Source: Dimorphilus gyrociliatus (taxonomy: Eukaryota > Animalia > Annelida). From it: a stretch of 64,000 nt of DNA. The translations under genes were made by a program, and so were the position numbers. Under the pieces are notes generated by a model. It made no database searches and was not told the DNA's origin. It saw only the letters and a list, made by a program, of their open reading frames with translations. This document shows, in pieces, positions 1 to 13,901 of this stretch (positions are counted from its first letter, which is position 1; the number at the start of each line of letters is the position of its first letter). Where the stretch lies: assembly GCA_904063045.1 (NCBI GenBank), contig CAJFCJ010000016.1, positions 1 through 64,000 of the forward strand, read 5' to 3'.

Positions 1-768
1 CTATTATCCCCGTCTATCATTAGCATAAAGAGAAAATGAAAAGAATAAAAGAAAAAGGAAAAGAATGAAAATTCAATACTTTTCCCAAATCTAGGGATCT
101 AGGGAGTAATTAAATTAGAAAAAATTGTTTTTATCAAAATCGAACAAAATAGCTAAGTAATAGAGGTAAAATTGATTGGTAAATCAATAATAAGATCATG
201 CCTTCGCTTAGAAGATTTCTATAAAGAAATGTTTAATCAGTGAGCTAAAAGTTTTTTTTGCTAGCATTTCAGTTTAGTGTTGACAATTGTTAGAAGAATT
301 AGGCCTAGTTTAGCGTTTTAATCTCTCCCTATTTATCCCCTGATTTATTCTTTCTTCCTAATCTTTTCTTTTTCTCTTTTTTTTTCTTTTAGTAAATATT
401 ACGTTATTCTCTATAATTCTTTCATTTATTTTTGTCAAAGTATGATTAATAGGCCTTTGTAAATAAGATTTTAATCTTTCTACCTTGTTTTCTCATTTTA
501 AAGTCTGTTTTTTTTACTCTCTCTATCTTTATGATTACACGTTTTCTCTTACGAAACTCAATGATTAGAAAAAGAGACGCACAATAGAGAAGAGGATTTT
601 CTTGCACTTCTAATTGATTAACAATTCATACAGAAATTTCTATATGAAAGAGGGAAAAATATTAATTTTTACTTATTTTAACTTGTTTGTGTTTTTTAAA
701 TGCACATATACACACACCCCGCTTTTGATTTTCTTTGAAGTTGTTCCCTTTTCCATAATGTTTTGCAG

Positions 769-1431
769 AAGAATCGACCATTTCAGAAGAAGAAAGAGAT
801 AAATTAATAAGTTCTTTGGATTTGGACCGTTGTTCTGAAAGTACACTTGCAAAAATACACCAAACTAAGCTGATACCGACTGACAGCGTTGCTACAGCCG
901 CTTTAAAGCTATGCGCTAAATTGAGAAAGGATTTGGATACAGCTCAAACTGTAATTGGAGCGCAGGATCAGCAATTAAGGAGATTTGGACACCTTAGCAA
1001 TGGCAGTGGTCATTTAGGTAAATAAGTTACAAGTATATAAATAATTATAGGCTGAAGGGATCGACTTATTAATCCAAGTAGGCCCTTGATTGATTTATAG
1101 TTACATTTTCTTATTAATCCATAGGAAAACTTTTATATTTATATATTCTCTATTTCTTTGTATGAATATCAATATAGCTATATACTAATATATATATTCT
1201 AGCTTCTATATATCAGTCTTTATGTCTTTCCTTATCTTCCTTCGAATAGAGAGAGCGTCGTCGCTTAGTTCGAAAACCAGCAACTTTGGTGACGGCCTTG
1301 ATGATTCGAGCGTCTCCGGCAGTTATCATGACCTATCAGCCGAAACTCCATACAGATCCTTCTACAAGCCAACCTACCCTTTTAAAAAGTCTCCTACACT
1401 CAACAGATCGAAATATTCTTCCTATAGATAA
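769..1431 (+). CDS. Last two exons (769-1017, 1250-1431) of an unidentified gene starting upstream of the window; helical/coiled-coil segment plus Ser/Tyr-rich tail
   Basis: Acceptor ttttgcag at 768 and phase-1 donor gtaaat at 1018. A pyrimidine-rich acceptor at 1249 restores the frame (ERASSLSSK...SSYR*). Family not recognised. Confidence 0.65.
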
Positions 1432-2249
1432 GTCTTTAAGATGATTTTTTTCCAAGGAAGATGGCTTCTTTTTCCATTTGCAATTATTTTCTGAATTATT
1501 ATTGTATTATTTCTCTATTTCTGAAGGAAAAAAGATCGGAAATAATGATATAGTTGACTAAATTGTAGAGGTGCTCTATGGAGATTTTTTAATGGGCCTA
1601 TTCGTTCTATCGCTCTCTAGATTATTTGAAAGTGAACAAGTTATTTAATTATTTTTTTTTTAAATATGCATTTCGATCCAACTGTGATATGTTTTACAGA
1701 TTGTAGAATAATAATAAAAATACACAAAAACCATATTTTTATTCTTTTTTTTTATAACAAAATAACATTCTCTGCGGTGTTCTATAGAACAAAAAACAAA
1801 GCATAAAGTCGCAAGATAAAAGAAATTTGGAAGTATTTTAAAGTTTTCTCTATGACGTGTTATATCAATAACTGATATTAGTACTCATGTAATCAAAGTA
1901 CTTTTTTTAGAAAAATGTTTTTTTGCACTGTATAATTTAGGTATATGCGCTATAAATGATAAGGCAACAGATTTATTCATATAGCCTATGATAGTTTAGG
2001 TCGTCCACCAGTTTTCGAAATGTATTTCAATAGATCATGTGATCAAAACATTTTCACTGTTCTTCGGAAAAAATAATTTATAAAATATATACATTGCCAT
2101 TGAAATTAGCTGTTTACTATTGAAAAGAAATTGCTAAAACAAGACTTAGATAGCAAATATATAATTTATGTCAAACAATCAATACATGTCTATGTATTAA
2201 TAATCTATTTTCTCCCAATACCGAGCGATAATAAGAGAGGATATTACTT

Positions 2250-2976
2250 ATGGCTGAAGCAAAGGAAGTTATCGGAGATGATTCTATAAATGAAACAACG
2301 GAGAAATTAAGCAGTGCATTTCTAAAGGAATATGTAACTCCTTTTTCAAATGCTGAACTTACTCTAACAAATCTATTGTTAGTTTAGTATAAAATACATA
2401 CTACTAAATTATTATTAAAAAGGAATATTTATGCTATATTTTCTTCAATAAATCTGTAGGAGAAGTCAAAGAATAATAATAGAGAGTGTTGAGCAAGAAA
2501 GATCCAAACTGGATGAAAGTAAAGCTTCTCTAAGAGTCCAAGCGTTGGTTGGTTATTATTATATATATTTATATTCAACTAGATTTAATAAGAGTTAATC
2601 CAACTGATTAATTCATAAGTAAATATTAGTATGTCAATGTTATTGATGAACCACATTATTAATAATATTTTTTCTCAGGCCAATAAAGTGGAATTTTATC
2701 AGAAAAAGCTTTCTCGACTTAAAATGGATATGCGAAATTTGCAACAAAAGAGCGCAAATTTAAAGGTTTTTAATCGATCATTCAATTAAGTTGGCCCCAT
2801 TTATATTCACATTATTGATTTTTTTCTTTCTTTATCCTTTTCCATTAATTTAGAAAAGGAGTAGAAAATTGCAAAATTTAAAAGAACAAGAAGCCCTAGA
2901 AAAAGAGGAAGAACGACTGAAAGAAGAACTTTTAGAAAAAGAACTCATAGCAAAGCCCCTTCCAACTAGCAAATAG
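2250..2976 (+). CDS. BLOC1S6: BLOC-1 subunit 6 (pallidin), 4 exons
   Basis: Spliced translation MAEAKEVIG...FYQKKLSRLKMDMRNLQQKSANLK/KRSRKLQNLKEQEALEKEEERLKEELLEKELIAKP matches the pallidin C-terminal pattern (YHAKLVNIRKEM...KLKKRALKLQQKRQKEELEREQQREKEFEREKQLTARP). Confidence 0.85.
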
Positions 2977-3209
2977 ATTAATAATACTAGTGATAATGCC
3001 ACCTTTTTTGCTAATTGATTAAATGTTATGTTTGATACGAGATTTAATACAATTTTGTTCAATGTTTAAGCGAGAGATGGCGCCTTTGAATTGGTCGTCT
3101 GCTGTTTGAACTGACCCCAAAAACAGCGATCTTTGATCAGTTCAAAAACAATTGCCAAAGCATTGTATACAGTAATTCTATGTAATAAATATATTGATAG
3201 CACATAAAA

Positions 3210-4146
3210 ATGGAGTCGATCGCAAAATTTATAATTGCTCCCGGTGGAATTGAAAAAACAGCCAGACTTTTATCTTTTGGTTGTCTTGGGTTGGCAGGAA
3301 GTTGCAAACCAGGCAGCTTATCTCAACAAAAGTTTGGGATATTTGCCAAACAATTGTCATCCGCGAGATGTACATTCAGATTGTTTTTGGATTTGCCAGT
3401 TCTACTTAAAACTCTCAGATATGGTTTAGGAAAACATGTAAGCTAAACAACAAAATTGAAATCATTGAAATCTATCCTTTTTTCCCAATAAGGAGAAAGA
3501 TCCAATTATTCGTATGTTGGATCTGATAGCAAATTTAGCAGACCAGTTGTTCTTTCCACTGGAGCATATTGCTTGGGCGAGCGACTGTGGTTTAATTAAG
3601 ATACCATCAGCCAAATTTTGGGCAACTTCAATAGGATGTTGGGCCGTATCTCTTTTATCTGGCATACTTAAGTAAGATATCTATTCCCAATGCAAGATCC
3701 TTCAATCCTAAAATCTTTTACTAACATTTCTTTGTAGATGCTTTAGACAAATATCAAAATTGACATTATCGGAAAGAGCTCTACATCAGCAATTTAAATT
3801 AACAGGAAATGATATAAGGTAAGATATAAATATAGATTATTCAATTATTCAAATGTATTAATATTATATACTGTTTATATATACACACTTATATATATAT
3901 CTCTTAAACCTTTGTAGCGATCAACTAAATGAAATTAGATTTAACAAAAACCTTTCCCTGATTACTATTGCTAAGAATTTAGCTGACTTAATAAATGCTA
4001 TTCATTGGTTGCCTGCTAATCCTTACTTATGGTCTGGAAAATTACCAATGAAATATGTCGGTATATTTGGAGTAATTTCAACAGTTTTGGGTATTTTATT
4101 GGCTAAATATCAAGCGCAACCACCGAAACCTAAAAAAGCAGACTAA
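3210..4146 (+). CDS. PEX11G: Peroxisomal membrane protein 11 gamma-like
   Basis: KQLSSARCTFRLFLDLPVL; ADQLFFPLEHIAWASD; C-terminal INAIHWLPANPYLWSGKLPMKYVGIFGVISTVLG, typical of PEX11gamma. GT-AG introns. Confidence 0.88.
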
Positions 4147-4544
4147 ATAATCGATTTTGTTAGTAATAACAAAACAGCAATAACAGTAATATCAATTACG
4201 ATTTAATTTCTTAAAATTAGCCTCAATAAACAAAAAATAATGACATTATGCTTGATTTTTTTATGTTTTCAATTGCTAAACCTATAAATATATATAGTAT
4301 AAAGATTTATTATTAAAATTAGCAAAGATTATCTTCTGTGCTTTAGATTTCTTTATTTGTTTCTTTTGTTTTTTTTTCCCTTCCTTCTAAATTTACACGA
4401 AAATTTTATATTTTTAAAAGAATACTGATTTTCCTTTTCAATTAATATATCATCATTGATAAAAAGTGAGATAAAGCTCAATTGGCAATAATATTTTAGA
4501 GACATTTTTATGACACTTATTGCATAGTATGAGACATTTTAAGT

Positions 4545-6190
4545 TTAGGCAACAGTACGTGATTTTTCAGTTAGTTGCAGGCGTTCATGAACTGGAATAT
4601 TTCTCGGTCGTAGTCTCTCGCTGATCAAATGATAAGAACGATAAGAGTTTATACGCTTGGCTTTAATGTTAAAGTTACTTACGAAAGGAATTTAATTTGC
4701 TCAGAATTAGGTCTATTAACGCGACACTTAAATGCTGATGTATGCCCCTTTTTACCGTGACTTTCTTCAAAGCGCTGAACATCGTAACGTCCAGGTCCGA
4801 CATGATTCTGTAACATTTAATAAAATGTCGAATATAGTTCAATAAGTTTTAATTATTATTTAAATATTTACGTAATTTCCAGTAAAGAACTTAACAGCTC
4901 TTTTATCCATTCTCAAACTACTAGAATTGAAAGCTGGATGATTGCCTTTAGTTTTTAAAGTATGTTTTTCTACAGAAGTAGGCTCATAGAATCCAGGACC
5001 TGGATCAGACTCATCTCTTGGCCACTGACTCTGCGAAGTAACGCTCAAACGATCTGCTGGTTTTAATGGTCTAGCTTCGCCTCTCAAGAATCGACCATGA
5101 TATTTCTTATCACGAGCGTTAAGTTCATCTGTTTTAGTCCTTTCGTCGACAGTTTCGGGCGGCCGCAGATAACTTTGATTTATAATACCTGGCGATGCTA
5201 GATGACCAGTTTTAATTGGTTTATTTCTGTCTAATGAAAAACAGTCGTAAGGTCCTCTAGTTCCTGTCCTCTTCGTTAGTAACTCGTCTACTCCGCTCTT
5301 AAATTCATAAGTACCAGGAGCTACCTCGCAACCCTGAAGAAAACTTTCGAAATAGGTCTTTTAATAAAAAAAATGTTTATCAAAATACCGTTATTGGTAG
5401 ACCACGATTTTTTGGGCCCATGTCTAATAAACCTACACTTCCGAAGGATTCTTTGCTCTTTTCTTCAATTGCGGAATGGGGAATCCCCCCATTGCCATAC
5501 GTTCCAGGACCAGGAGTGACCAATTTTGTTTTTTGATTAAAGCGCTTTTCCAAGCTATCTACAATACCTCTTGTACTTCTTGGTTTATCGTCTGTCAGAA
5601 AGTCCCGATATTCGTACGATCCCGGACCTAGTTTCCTTACTAACTCTTTTTTAAGCGAATGCTGTTCTCGATTTAAAAGATGTGGCATAGCGGCAAGTTT
5701 TTCTGTCTCGTATTGTCTCGCCCATCCTGGACCTCTAGCTTTGATTTCCATTGATTTCAAATTAAAATCGCCTACTTCGACATCGTAACGTCCAGGTCCC
5801 AATAGAGAACTCTAAAAAGGCGAGTTAATACTATTTATAATAATATTATCTTACCTAAGGTAATAGATTCTGTAAACTCTTTATAAGCCTACTTTTGTTT
5901 ATGATATAGCGGATCTATTATAGATCTATTTTAAGTGTTTGCAGAACTAATAACAATATGATCGATTAAATATTCCTCCCGTATACACTTACAAGGTAGC
6001 CAGCATTACTAGATATCTGTGTATATGTTCCAGGTTTTAATCTACTGGGATGGATTCCATGGACTTCAAATCTAATTAAATATACAACTTTATAAGCTAA
6101 TTTTAATTAAAATTAATAATTTTACTATATCGCTCACCTTGGGGCTTGATTTCCAAACGGGGCTCCCTTAAAGCCCTTATCAGCAGTCAT
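4545..6190 (-). CDS. CIMAP2: Ciliary microtubule-associated protein 2 / lymphocyte expansion molecule (PGPGxY-repeat protein)
   Basis: N-terminus MTADKGFKGAPFGNQAPR (LEXM has GAPFGVQSHRF). Repeats GPGRYD, LGPGSYE, KPRSTRG, TPGPGTYG, PGPGFY. Ends ERLRPRNIPVHERLQLTEKSRTVA*. Confidence 0.8.
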
Positions 6191-6294
6191 TTTTTATTAT
6201 TTTTTCTATAGTCAAGTTAAAAATAAGCTTGCTTTAATTATTTGAGATTTTTCTCATGCGAGGTTGACTGTTTGATTCTCGATACTCTCTGCCA

Positions 6295-6308
6295 GTTACC
6301 TTAGTAAC
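6295..6308. promoter_or_regulatory. RFX X-box upstream of CIMAP2/LEXM
   Basis: GTTACC-TT-AGTAAC fits GTNRCC(N0-3)RGYAAC exactly, about 105 bp upstream of the ATG of a ciliary gene. Confidence 0.7.
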
Positions 6309-6984
6309 AGCAAGCAAACCGCTCAGAACAAATTTCGATTTGTCTGGCACCTTGTTCCAAATTTATAATTGTCCATTGAAATTCGATTGTGATAAGTTAG
6401 CCATATTCCACAATGAAAAAGAGCGGTTAAAAGCAATTTAAAGAGAAAAATATAAATATTTATCAGAATAATAGAGCTATTTAAGATTAGAGAATAAAAT
6501 ATGCCTAAAATCCTATTAGTATGTGAATCTTTAAAAGAAAAAAAATCATTCCTTTTTAAATGATAAAATATTAAATCAATAGGATAAAGCAAAGAAAATC
6601 GTAAGATTCATTTCGTTTCTTTCTAGATTAGTTCTGCTAAAAAATTCAACTTTCTATTAGCTCGTAACAAAGACCGATAAATTAAATATTACAGTTTGGT
6701 CAAAGGAATATTGATGCTGTTAATGTATAAGATTTTCCCTTCAAATAAATAGTAATTATCAATTGCGAATTGAAACGCTAAAAGTTTAATTAATATATTA
6801 TAATACATCATATTGTAGATATTAATAAAGAGCATTGTTAATATGTCACCTCTTTGAAAACTTTATTCTTTTCTTCATCTAAAAGATTTATTAATCTATC
6901 AGCAAATTGTTATTGAATTAACATTCATTGGCCAAATGTTTAAGTATCGAAAAAAAACGAACATGAAAACACATAACGGAATAT

Positions 6985-8233
6985 TTAATTCTGCTTAGAT
7001 TTTTCCTTTCTTCTTAGAGCTGATTTTCTTGCTGCTAACATTTTTCCCATTACTTGTTTCTTTGCGAAGAAGTCTGGAGCCATGGTCTGGAAATATCCCA
7101 ACAAAGCATGAGACCAATAACCAAATGTAACATCTTCTACGCCAACTGTTCTTAGTGCTGATTTTACATATGCCGTTGGTGAAGGGACAAAAAGGCTAGG
7201 TCTCTTAATTCCAGTCATTTTAGTTTGAACAAAGTATGGTAAGACCGATTGTACAATAACATTAGACTTGGAAACTTCCTGTTCAAGACCCTGAGAGAAA
7301 AAGTTAACGAACGACTTGCAAGCTGAATAGGCTGTAGAATAGATATTTATAATTAAAGAAACTATAACGTAAAAGAACAATGTAATAATAAAGGAATTAC
7401 CTGTCAACAAAGGTGTTGGATCATTAGCAGAAGCAGAAGATAAGTTAATTATTGCGCCCTTTTTCTTTTCAACCATAGTTTTAAGGAAAATATTTGTAAC
7501 TTGAAGAATTGACATACAGTTAGCCAAAAGTAATTTTTGTAATACATTTTTCGAATCATCCATTTCAGCCATAAACTGTGGATATTCATAAGACATTCCA
7601 ACATTGTTGACCAGAACTCCAACATCAAGTCCTTGTGTTTCTCTTTCAATTTTATCATAAATTTCATTGCCTGCTGTAAAATCAACGGCAACTGTCTTGG
7701 TTTTAACGTTATGTGTTTTTTCTAGAAAGGAAATATTATTCTAAGATATTAATAATGACGTTAAGCTACACTAAATCTTTACCAATTTCTGCTGCAACTT
7801 CCTCAAGTTTCTTTGGAGTTCGACTAATCAGGCATATATTCAATCCACGTTTGGCAAACTGCCAAAAGAAAATATTTATCAGTCTTTTCTTATCATCAAC
7901 ACTGTAACATTAAATAATTTGCTCTATATTTAATTACCTCAAAAGCATAACATTTTCCAATTCCATCGGTTGCTCCCGTTACAACTATTTTGTAAAAATG
8001 AATACTATTAACACTCTTTTATCAAATATTTTATTTAACAAAGTTATTAATATTAAGAAAAATTTACCGGCCCATTCTCCTAGTTTTCGAAAATTGATTT
8101 CACTACTTAAAACGTAAGCTTTCAAGCCATTCCAAATTGAGAATAGTAATCTTAGAGCTAAGTAGCCAGTGATGGCGATGCCTATTGTCGAGAAGAGACA
8201 GCAAGGAGAAGATTTTGCTGCAATATCAACCAT
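6985..8233 (-). CDS. HSD17B12: Very-long-chain 3-oxoacyl-CoA reductase (SDR)
   Basis: N-terminal TM segment; GEWAVVTGATDGIG Rossmann motif across an intron; YSACK catalytic motif; VIVQSVLPYFVQTKM, PSPTAYVKSAL, GYWSHAL. Confidence 0.9.
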
Positions 8234-9020
8234 TGCTGAAAATTCTGTCGAGTGAAGGTCAAGGTCAAAAAGCGTAACTATAGCATGATATTATTTTCAC
8301 AAATATCAGAAATTTTTAGTTCTTTATAAAGTATGTTAAAAATTTACAGTTAAATTAAATAACGAAACTCATAACGTAACGGAAAGATAAGATTCGATAT
8401 AGACATCGTCTAAAATAATATCGTTTATTAAATTCTTGCAGGTTCTCTATAAAATCGGTTATTGTTACTAGATTAATCGATTGAAATCGATTTTAAACTT
8501 ATTATCAATAGAAGCCGGCAAATTTAAAAACAATTGTCTATTTTTTCGTCTGCTATATTTTCTCTTTCGATTAACATATATATTTAAAATATGTAATTTC
8601 GTAACAAGAAAGTAGCCAATAAAAGTAGTCTAACATAAATTAAAAGTGCACTTTTCAATTTTAATATTCAGAATAAAAATTAAAGATATACATGTAACAT
8701 GCAATATATGGATCTATTTATTCATTAATGTTTAAATAGAATTACTGAAATTACTTAACTTGTTAAGTAAATTTTGATATTTTTGAAAAGAATAAATATT
8801 TAATTCAATTTATTGAATAAAACTGTTCAAAGAGTATCATTGAAATTATATAAATGAAAACTTTATAATTTAAATTCAGGGTTTTATTTGAGAAAGTTGG
8901 ACTTTGTATGGACTACGTAATTTTAGAACAAGTTTCCCTTCAGGTGCGAAAGTGACTTTATATTGTAAATGTAAATATCGGCTGATAGTTTTTCCTGTTT
9001 TATATAAACTTGCCATTATT

Positions 9021-10238
9021 ATGCTTGGGTATGTTGTTGATAAAACCCATACAAAACAGCGATCTGGCAACACTTTTTATCAATTTAAAAGACAGTTCTC
9101 AATATTTGGCTTAAGTGGTTTTATTGCCTTTATAATACCGGTTTTACATATAGGTAAAGAATAATTAAATTCTTTTTTAATTACCTTTGCATAATTATCA
9201 TCTCTATAAAGCTGGATACTACTATATATGGACTCCAAATAAAGCACCGGTAAACAAGCGAAAATGTCAATGCTCTTGTTTCGATACAGTATTCAGAGGT
9301 AAGAATTTCAAATAAAAACAATAGGTGTCAGCAGTAGTTGTTTGAACCAAAGAATCGTAAATCTATCACTAAAAAATGGAAAACTTTTTCTAGGTCGATA
9401 TGAATCTATTCCCGCAGGATATAAACATGTCTATTTCAATGCCTCTGTTGAAAGTGGTAATGTATAGTTATATAGATAAATCAACTATAGAAGATACGAT
9501 TGCTGTTTTTTTTTTTTTTGCAGTAAAAATATGGGCAGGATGCTTAATAGGAGTATTGATATTGTACGAAGCTTGCAAATATTTATTTAATTTGTACTGG
9601 AAATGTTCTCTTCGGATTCAATATTTATGCTTACTTTTGTCGTCAGTTTATTCGCATTATTATGGATGGTGGAACTTTTTCAAGTAAAAAAAAAAAACAT
9701 TATTTTTGTTAAATGTTATTTATCAAAAGAGATTACATTTGATTAAATAAGCTTTAATCTGTTAAATAATTAACATAATTTTTTTTAAGATATTGAAAAT
9801 ATGTAACTAATTTTATCAATTTTTTTTTTATATAGTTACTGGAACGAGGATTTTTATTCTCAATTCAATCATCAATTATTCTTCACTGTAACTGAAATGA
9901 TAAGTTCTGCTGTCACTTTGAACCTTACCAATTCAAAAACTCCAGTAACGCCAACAAAGCTACTTATTATTCTAGTGCTCAACTCTGTTCATATTTCTAT
10001 TGCAAGTTATGATCAATTTGTTAATAATTTATTGTATGGAAGAAGTAGATTATTTGAGGGTCTTCGAGATATATTTCTACTGTTGGCTGACGTTTTATAT
10101 GTCTGTTTTTGTTTTTTTGAATTAAGTTTAATAGCCCGAAGACGGAGTTTACCAATGCATCGAATTTTTTTTCGAGAAGAACTTGTTTTAAGCGTAATTG
10201 TAGGAATTTTATTGACCCTGTTTGCTATCAATATTTGA
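9021..10238 (+). CDS. Uncharacterised multipass membrane protein (CxCSCFDTVFRG / YWNEDFYSQFNHQLFF motifs)
   Basis: Five exons join in frame: ...IPVLHI/AGYYYIWTPNKAPVNKRKCQCSCFDTVFR/GRYESIPAGYKHVYFNAS.../...HYYGWWNFFN/YWNEDFYSQFNHQLFFTVTEM...FAINI*. Several hydrophobic helices. Start codon uncertain. Confidence 0.75.
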
Positions 10239-10438
10239 TTTTACAATAGATCTCTTTGTTATTTTCTCTAATCTTAATGATAAAGACTAATAGGCTAATA
10301 AGAATAGACTGGTAGACTAGCTCAACCACGCAATTTAATTAAACGATTATTGCTTTGGAACTGAAATCTGTCTATAGTTTCTAAGCGACCAAAACCACGT
10401 GACGACAACGGTAGTTAACCGTCTCACCTTGTTAATCA

Positions 10439-10450
10439 GTTGTCGGTGAC
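10439..10450. promoter_or_regulatory. Degenerate X-box just upstream of the CFAP97D2-like ATG
   Basis: Reverse strand reads GTCACC-GACAAC (perfect left half, one mismatch in the right half). A second GACAAC half-site next to a CACGTG lies at about 10396-10409. Confidence 0.4.
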
Positions 10451-10460
10451 TCTAATCAAA

Positions 10461-11956
10461 ATGCATAAGAGTTATCAGTCAGTCTTACCTAATACAAACA
10501 AACTACTAAAGAAACGATGGGATGATACGTATTATAACGAACATAGAAAGAGGGTAAGTTGAGTTAAAAGTACTTTTAAGTAAATAAATTTAAACGAGAG
10601 TGCTAAGTACTTGTTTGTCTTCTTTATCTGAACAAGATTACTTTGCTGGTACTTTGTCACCAAAATTTACGGCTTTTTGATGATTTAACACTATGTTGAG
10701 AGCTTTTTAATCCTCTAGTGGATATTCAATTTCAACTTTTTTTATAGGTGGAAATGGCTGGTCCTGTCGTGAATACGAATCCTCCTCCAGCCTACATTCA
10801 TTTACATTTGAAATTGAAAAAGCAACAGGTAAATAATAAAGCAATGTAAATAAAAGCTACTTTACACTCCTATTATTAATTACCCTGTGTATTTTCTATT
10901 GGACAAAATGAATTACCTCATGCTGATTCCCCAATTACGCCTATAAGTCAATTGGGAAATGTAAGAATCAATAAGGTTTTTAAGGTTAATATTTGATATT
11001 AATTTAGTAATATTATTGCCAATAAAACTCGTTGGAGAAAAGGTGATTAAATAGATTAGACTTAATTATAATTTTGAGTGAATGTCAGAGGAAAAAAGGT
11101 ATTATAAAAAAAAAATTACTTTTCCTGCTTGAACGGTATTTATTCAAAGTCACACAACCATCAAACATTCCGCATGAATTATTGCTCTTGATTTTATTGA
11201 TCTGTAGAAAGGAGTAGTAAGGAATGATCCTGTTCTTAACTAAGGCCTTTACACTTATGAAACGATTTCTACCACTCAAAAGTTATTTGTAGTGGCATTG
11301 TAGTTCGGTAATGAAGTAATTGATTGGGTAAATCAAAAAAAAGAGCCGATTGAGAGACTTAGAGAGATCGTGTTATTTATTACACATATACCTATTTTGA
11401 TTGTAAATACTAATCATAAAAGATTGAAGAAGAGCGCTTGGCAACAATTGAAAGGGACAATCGTATTCTTTTAGAAAAAATGAGTACCATAATGAGAACG
11501 AAAGGAAGAGTCGATAACAGGAACGATTATGAATACAAAAGGTGTTTAATTCGAAAAAAAATATCGATCTTTAAGCTTAAAAACAATCTGTTAAACAGCT
11601 TGAACAGGGAAAAACGAAGTAGGGAATTACTTCGAGTCATGAACGAAAATCAAGAGATATTAAGAAGAATAACTTCTAGGAAACCCCAATACGACCATAT
11701 GAAGTGGGAACAAGATTGGAATGAAAATCTAAGATATATGGACTCAATTTCAGCCTATCCTAAAGATTGGTGGAAGGTAGTTATAATGAATAATCAAATA
11801 GATATTTTATCATAAACGACGCATTTACCATAATAGCAAACTTCGAAGAGCAGTTCTCCTACTTTTAGTCGTCAACCGACTACCATGAGTCAGAGAAGCA
11901 GCCAAAAGAAAAGTAAGAAGAAGAGTGCTTCTTCAAGTGCCGAAAAGGACTTATAG
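10461..11956 (+). CDS. CFAP97D2: CFAP97/hemingway-domain small protein (CFAP97D1/D2 family)
   Basis: MHKSYQSVLPNTNKLLKKRWD...HRKR/V...HLHLKLKKQQ/IEEERLATIERDNRILLEKM...SLNREKRSRELLRVMNENQEILRRI...WEQDW; five exons. Confidence 0.8.
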
Positions 11957-12368
11957 ACAAATCGTTGCCACGGAATGAGAGATTAGCATAAAAGACGATC
12001 AAGGGATTTTTTATTATCATCTAAAGTTTAATTCAACATTAGATTATTTGGATTTCTATTAAATTGTGTTCTAAATCGTATCAAAAAAAAAGAAAGTATT
12101 TGTAACATTCCATCGGATTTAGAAGATTAATATATTGCATAATTTCCTCAATCAGTATTCTTATGTTAAAAGGTATTTGTGACCGTTTCGTGTCTTAACG
12201 TCGTGACATGTTGTTTGCCAGATATGTGTATAATAAATTATTGAAACAAATACTTAAAGAATTTTCAATCGATTAAATTACTATGGAACAAAATTCATAA
12301 TTGATTATTATTGTATTAGGATAATTCATTGTATTTGAAGACTTTTATAAATAAGACGTAATTATTTT

Positions 12369-13288
12369 CTATTTGACGATAGATGACAAAGCAGTTTGTG
12401 CTATATTACCAAACTGAGGTTGCTTCTGGATAAATTCATTAAGCTTTTCGCTGAACAGTTTACTCTTAATAGGCTTATTTAATTCGCACTCGGGATCTCG
12501 AATAGCATATTCTACAAAGACCTGTTTTTAAATAAGAAAGAAAATTATTGATTAATTCCAATATACTAATCCTTGAATAAATATAGTATATATTTATATA
12601 TTTTAATAATTGTTGGAAACGATTAAGCATTTAATAGCAGGTATGTAATAGATGGAGCCACAAGTTGATTATTAACTTTCATTTCATAATTTTCATTAAT
12701 TGTTACTTACATCTTTGTAAAGTGTGTGCATAAGGAATCTTATATCTCCTTGAATTTGTAAGTCCGTTGTCATTATGAATTTCAAACCACTGGGAGTTTC
12801 ATAAAAGTGCAATTTATATTGACTTGTCTTGAAACTTGTAAAGCCTATATTTCTGTCAGTTTAAAGAATAAAAGAATAAAAAATATTATATATGTACTGA
12901 TATAAAAATATTTAACATACGGATCAGTTGGTGATATTCGATTGCAGAAAGACTTTAAAGAGAATGTCATGCCGTACATCAACTTAAAATCCTGTTGATT
13001 TAAACCTTTAGCTATTTAAATCACTTAAGAAATATACTTCTATTTATATAGCATAATATAATGCAAGATTAATTATAAATTGAGTTTTGCATGTGCTTGA
13101 TAGTCAGAATTGACAAGAATAACAGAATTTTATGACTTAGAAAATCTTATTGATTTCACTTTCAATTTAAATCATTCAAGCATTCTTATTACCTCTTCCC
13201 TGGAAACGTCAACTTGTTTTTGCCGATTCCATTCATGATAGAATAGGCAAGTTCCACTGCGATCGTAAATGTATAAATTGAATATCAT
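12369..13288 (-). CDS. TRAPPC1: Trafficking protein particle complex subunit 1 (BET5)
   Basis: MIFNLYIYDRSGTCLFYHEWNR.../DFKLMYGMTFSLKSFCNRISP.../FKTSQYKLHFYETPSGLKFIM; four exons. Confidence 0.92.
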
Positions 13289-13901
13289 GCTGAGTTTTCC
13301 TTTTTTATCGCTCGGTTATATTTAATCTCTGCTAATTCAATAAATTTCCTATACTAAATGGCATAAAATAAGAACTATCCAATATTCCCTAAATAGTTAC
13401 GAAGCAATCAAAAAATGGGCAAACACTAGCTGTATAATTTTTGACTGCTGTAAGAGAATTTTTTATGTTACGCCACCATCGAATGCATTCCCTTCTCTAA
13501 GAGAAACGATGTCCATGAATTCTCTTCCAATCAAATTATGAATTTGGAACATTTCCTTTGAGTGGAGATTTTTTATTGTGTGAAAAAAAAGATAGAAGAC
13601 TATTTTCGATATCAAAAATAGAGTTTACGAAGAGTTTAACTTACAAAAAAAGACTATTTAAAGATATATGCGACTTAATTTCCATCTTTTTTATCTTGAT
13701 ATTCAAGGATAAAAATTAAATACGTAATTGATCTATAAAAGAGAAAGATAAAATTTTATTCAAGTAAAACATTTCTGTACAGATTAAAAAAAATTGTTCT
13801 TTATGTTAATAAGAAGTCACCGAGTTGATGGGAAATTTCCCTATGTCTCCAAGTTTATTTCCTTGAGTGAGGGTTTTTTTAAATACGACTATGAGCTCCA
13901 T

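Noticed and set aside
2976-3210. Operon or SL trans-splicing between closely spaced co-oriented genes (BLOC1S6-PEX11G, HECTD3-TUSC3)
   Set aside because: The gaps contain poly(A)-like and promoter-like motifs; unpaired acceptors cannot be told apart from 5'UTR introns without RNA data.
10830-11421. snoRNA or alternative exon in the long CFAP97D2 intron
   Set aside because: No convincing C/D or H/ACA box pair with a terminal stem; the exon-like piece near 10900-10960 lacks an acceptor.
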